DNA of 63,260 nucleotides, counting the filler, from Reclinomonas americana ATCC 50394 (lineage: Eukaryota), in the NCBI GenBank assembly GCA_048213135.1. It is 10 parts of 6 records of this genome, joined end to end, with 100 filler letters (N's around TTAATTAATTAA, not from the genome) between each part and the next. Parts side by side here need not be neighbours in the genome. Positions count along the whole stretch, not along the records: positions 60,601 to 62,090 come from PS015589.1; positions 62,191 to 63,260 come from PS015590.1; 8 more parts are not named here. One strand, given 5' to 3'. A program made the position numbers and the translations under genes. The notes below the pieces were generated by a model. The model saw only the letters and a list, made by a program, of their open reading frames with translations. It did not search any database and was not told the origin of the DNA. Positions within the stretch are counted from its first letter, which is position 1, and the number at the start of each line of letters is the position of its first letter. This document shows, in pieces, positions 60,866 to 63,260 of the stretch.

Positions 60866-61178
60866 GGGTATTTTCATTTGCGGATCGTCATTGATGGGCG
60901 CTGCTGTGCGTACGCCGCGCATTCGCTCGAAGAACTTGATTAGGTGTGCAGCTGCGTGTGTGTCTTTGTGGTGATGCAGGCCGTTGCTCATGTTGTTCTT
61001 CCCCCCTCCAAAATTCCAGTGTCATCTTTTGCGAGGCCGTCGCCATCTACGGCATCATTATCGCCATTGTGTTGCAGGGCAAGGTCGGCAGCCACGGTTT
61101 GCCGGATGATATTCAGGCGGCTGGCTACGCGGCGTTTGCCACTGGATTCACCGTGTCGTTGTGCAATTTGAGCTGCGG
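60866..61178 (+). CDS. ATP6V0B: V-ATPase V0 proteolipid subunit c'' (internal exons)
   Basis: GIFICGSSLMGAAVRTPRIRSKNLI|SVIFCEAVAIYGIIIAIVL...AGYAAFATGFTVSLCNLSCG; the RI.SKNLISVIFCEAVAIYG motif is characteristic of Vma16/ATP6V0B. Confidence 0.93.
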
Positions 61179-61845
61179 GTGAGTTGGGGGAGGAAGGGAA
61201 AGGGAAAGGGAGAGGGAAGCGAGGGAGGAGTACGGGGAGTGCGAGCGAGGGACACATGAGAGGGAGTGCAAGTGATGCACGAGGCACGCTCAGCGGGTTG
61301 AGATGGATAAACATAGAGATGAGAGAGTGCAAGCACATGCAACGCGTTGCAGAGTGTGGGATGCCGCGAGGGAGTGAAAATGAAGCACCAGACACGCACA
61401 CCGGGGTATGACCAGTCGTAAGCCAGGCGCATGCAACGCGTCGCGGAGAGTGAGATAGCCAGAGAAAGTGCAAGTGATGCACCAGCGGGTTGAGATTAGG
61501 GGGACCAGAGTCGTGAGAAGCAAATGATAAACCAGACACACGCAACGCGTCGCAGAGAGTGGGATAGCGAGAGAATGTGCAAGTAATACCAGAGCACGCG
61601 CAGCGGGCTGAGGTTGAGGGACCAGTTGCGAATGTTAAGCCAGACACACGCAACGCGCGCAGAGAGTGAGATGACGAGGAAGAGTAAAATGAGTCAGTTG
61701 ACAGCGCAGGCAGTAGGCTGCAGAATGTAGATATGTGAGACAGATTGCATTGCATGATGTACCAGCTGGGAGAAGTGACCTGAAAGAAAGAAATAAGTGC
61801 TGCGTGACCCACGAAGGGGCAAGTGATGTACCAGGCCTCGGCAGC

Positions 61846-62090
<245 letters not shown>

Positions 62091-62190
62091 NNNNNNNNNN
62101 NNNNNNNNNNNNNNNNNNNNNNNNNNNNNNNNNNTTAATTAATTAANNNNNNNNNNNNNNNNNNNNNNNNNNNNNNNNNNNNNNNNNNNN

Positions 62191-63235
62191 CGGAGAGCGG
62201 GGAGGCACAGCAGGCGCGCGAGGAGCGAGAATACCGTGAGCGGCGTGAGATCCAGCGACGGCTCGAAGACGAACGACGTGAAGGAGATCGACGACACAAA
62301 CTGGCACAGGAGGCGGCCGCAGTGGCCGAAGTCGACGCAGAGCATGTGGCATCGGCGACGGTGGTGTCGGCGCGCGAGAGTGAGGCGAGGGAGTTGCGCG
62401 ATCGATTGATGCGGGAAATGGAGCAGGAACGCGATAGGCAACGCGTGGTGCAGCAGGAGGTGGCGAGAGCGCACTCCATTCCCACCTCCATGCTCGACAT
62501 GCCGCGCGGTCGCCGCCTGGAGGACGAGTGCGTTGTCTTTTTTCGATGCTTTCTTCTGTGGTGTAGTGTGCCTCATTGTCATGGTGGTGTTGCACAGACG
62601 GCCTTCTCCCATTCGCGGACCGCTGTCACCTCGCGCCGCATCCTTGTCGCCACCGGGGCGCTTGCGCGCTGCTGGAGGTGGCAGTGGAGTCGAGACGCGC
62701 ACTGACAATGTCCCTCCACGCGTGCGCTTCAATCGCTCGTCGCCGATGCGCAGCGAGTCTGCCCGTCGACTCGCCAGCTCTGTCGGCCCCTCGACAGTGT
62801 CACCTGGTCCGGCTCTGCGCCGTTCGGCCAGCAGTGCGGCATCAGCCCGCTCTGTGGTGCGTCTGTGTGGAAAAAGGAGTGTGTGAGGGCGTGATCTAAT
62901 AGCACGAATCGCAGAGCCCCGAAGCTGTCGAGCTGATGGAGTGTGTGGCGGATCTGCATCGCGCACTCGGGCGAGCACAGCGATCGGCGAATGATGCCGC
63001 GGCAGCACCGACGAGTGTGGCCGCCGCACTTGGCACGAGCGGGAGTGCACAGAAAAAGGTGGGCGCGCACAACAGAAGGGAGGTCGATGGTCGAAGATCG
63101 CTTAATCTTTTGTGGTTGACACAGCGCCTGTCGGTGCGGCGACAGACCACGTCGACAGTCGCCAAGCAGACCAAGGTCGCCAAGCTCCGCGCCCTCGACA
63201 AGTTGCGTGCGCGAGAGACAAACAGATTGTGTTGA
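62191..63235 (+). CDS. Hypothetical coiled-coil protein fragment
   Basis: EREYRERREIQRRLEDERREGDRRHKLAQE...ELRDRLMREMEQERDRQR, followed by GT-AG-bounded exons; no family recognised. Confidence 0.45.
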
Positions 63236-63260
63236 AGTGGGAAATCTCACCTCTGTTGCA

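Noticed and set aside
61260..61680. Degenerate ~120-bp repeats downstream of the V-ATPase exon
   Set aside because: Intronic minisatellite-like DNA with no terminal repeats or coding signal.

Overview
Eukaryotic, intron-rich, microsatellite-rich draft sequence, probably from a protist. It consists of about 10 unrelated contigs joined by artificial N-TTAATTAATTAA-N linkers, so adjacency across linkers is meaningless. Introns are short GT-AG (donors GTGAGT/GTGCGT/GTTGCG/GTTTGT, CTSAC-like branch sites), so the unspliced ORF track is mostly uninformative and genes were spliced by eye. Recognisable genes: an ADD-domain protein, a protein with five tandem copies of a ~250-aa five-exon module, a JmjC fragment, tRNA-Gly(TCC), an ARM-like plus Ras/Rab-like GTPase, a RING/TRAF-zinc-finger protein, an ABHD11-like hydrolase, a Rab5-like GTPase, an EF-hand protein, a double-PAS protein, lipin, Skp1, an EGF plus 14-repeat BNR propeller, an RNI-like LRR protein, a degenerate kinesin-14, a PH-domain protein and V-ATPase subunit c''. 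Standout: at 28136-29281 (minus strand) the RING/TRAF gene continues through 14 consecutive 3-nt, phase-0 exons, each exactly one codon and each flanked by YAG and GT, spelling G-E-Y-Y-L-L-D-F-D-D-E-E-W-E directly after a CxxC...CRFHP zinc-finger exon.
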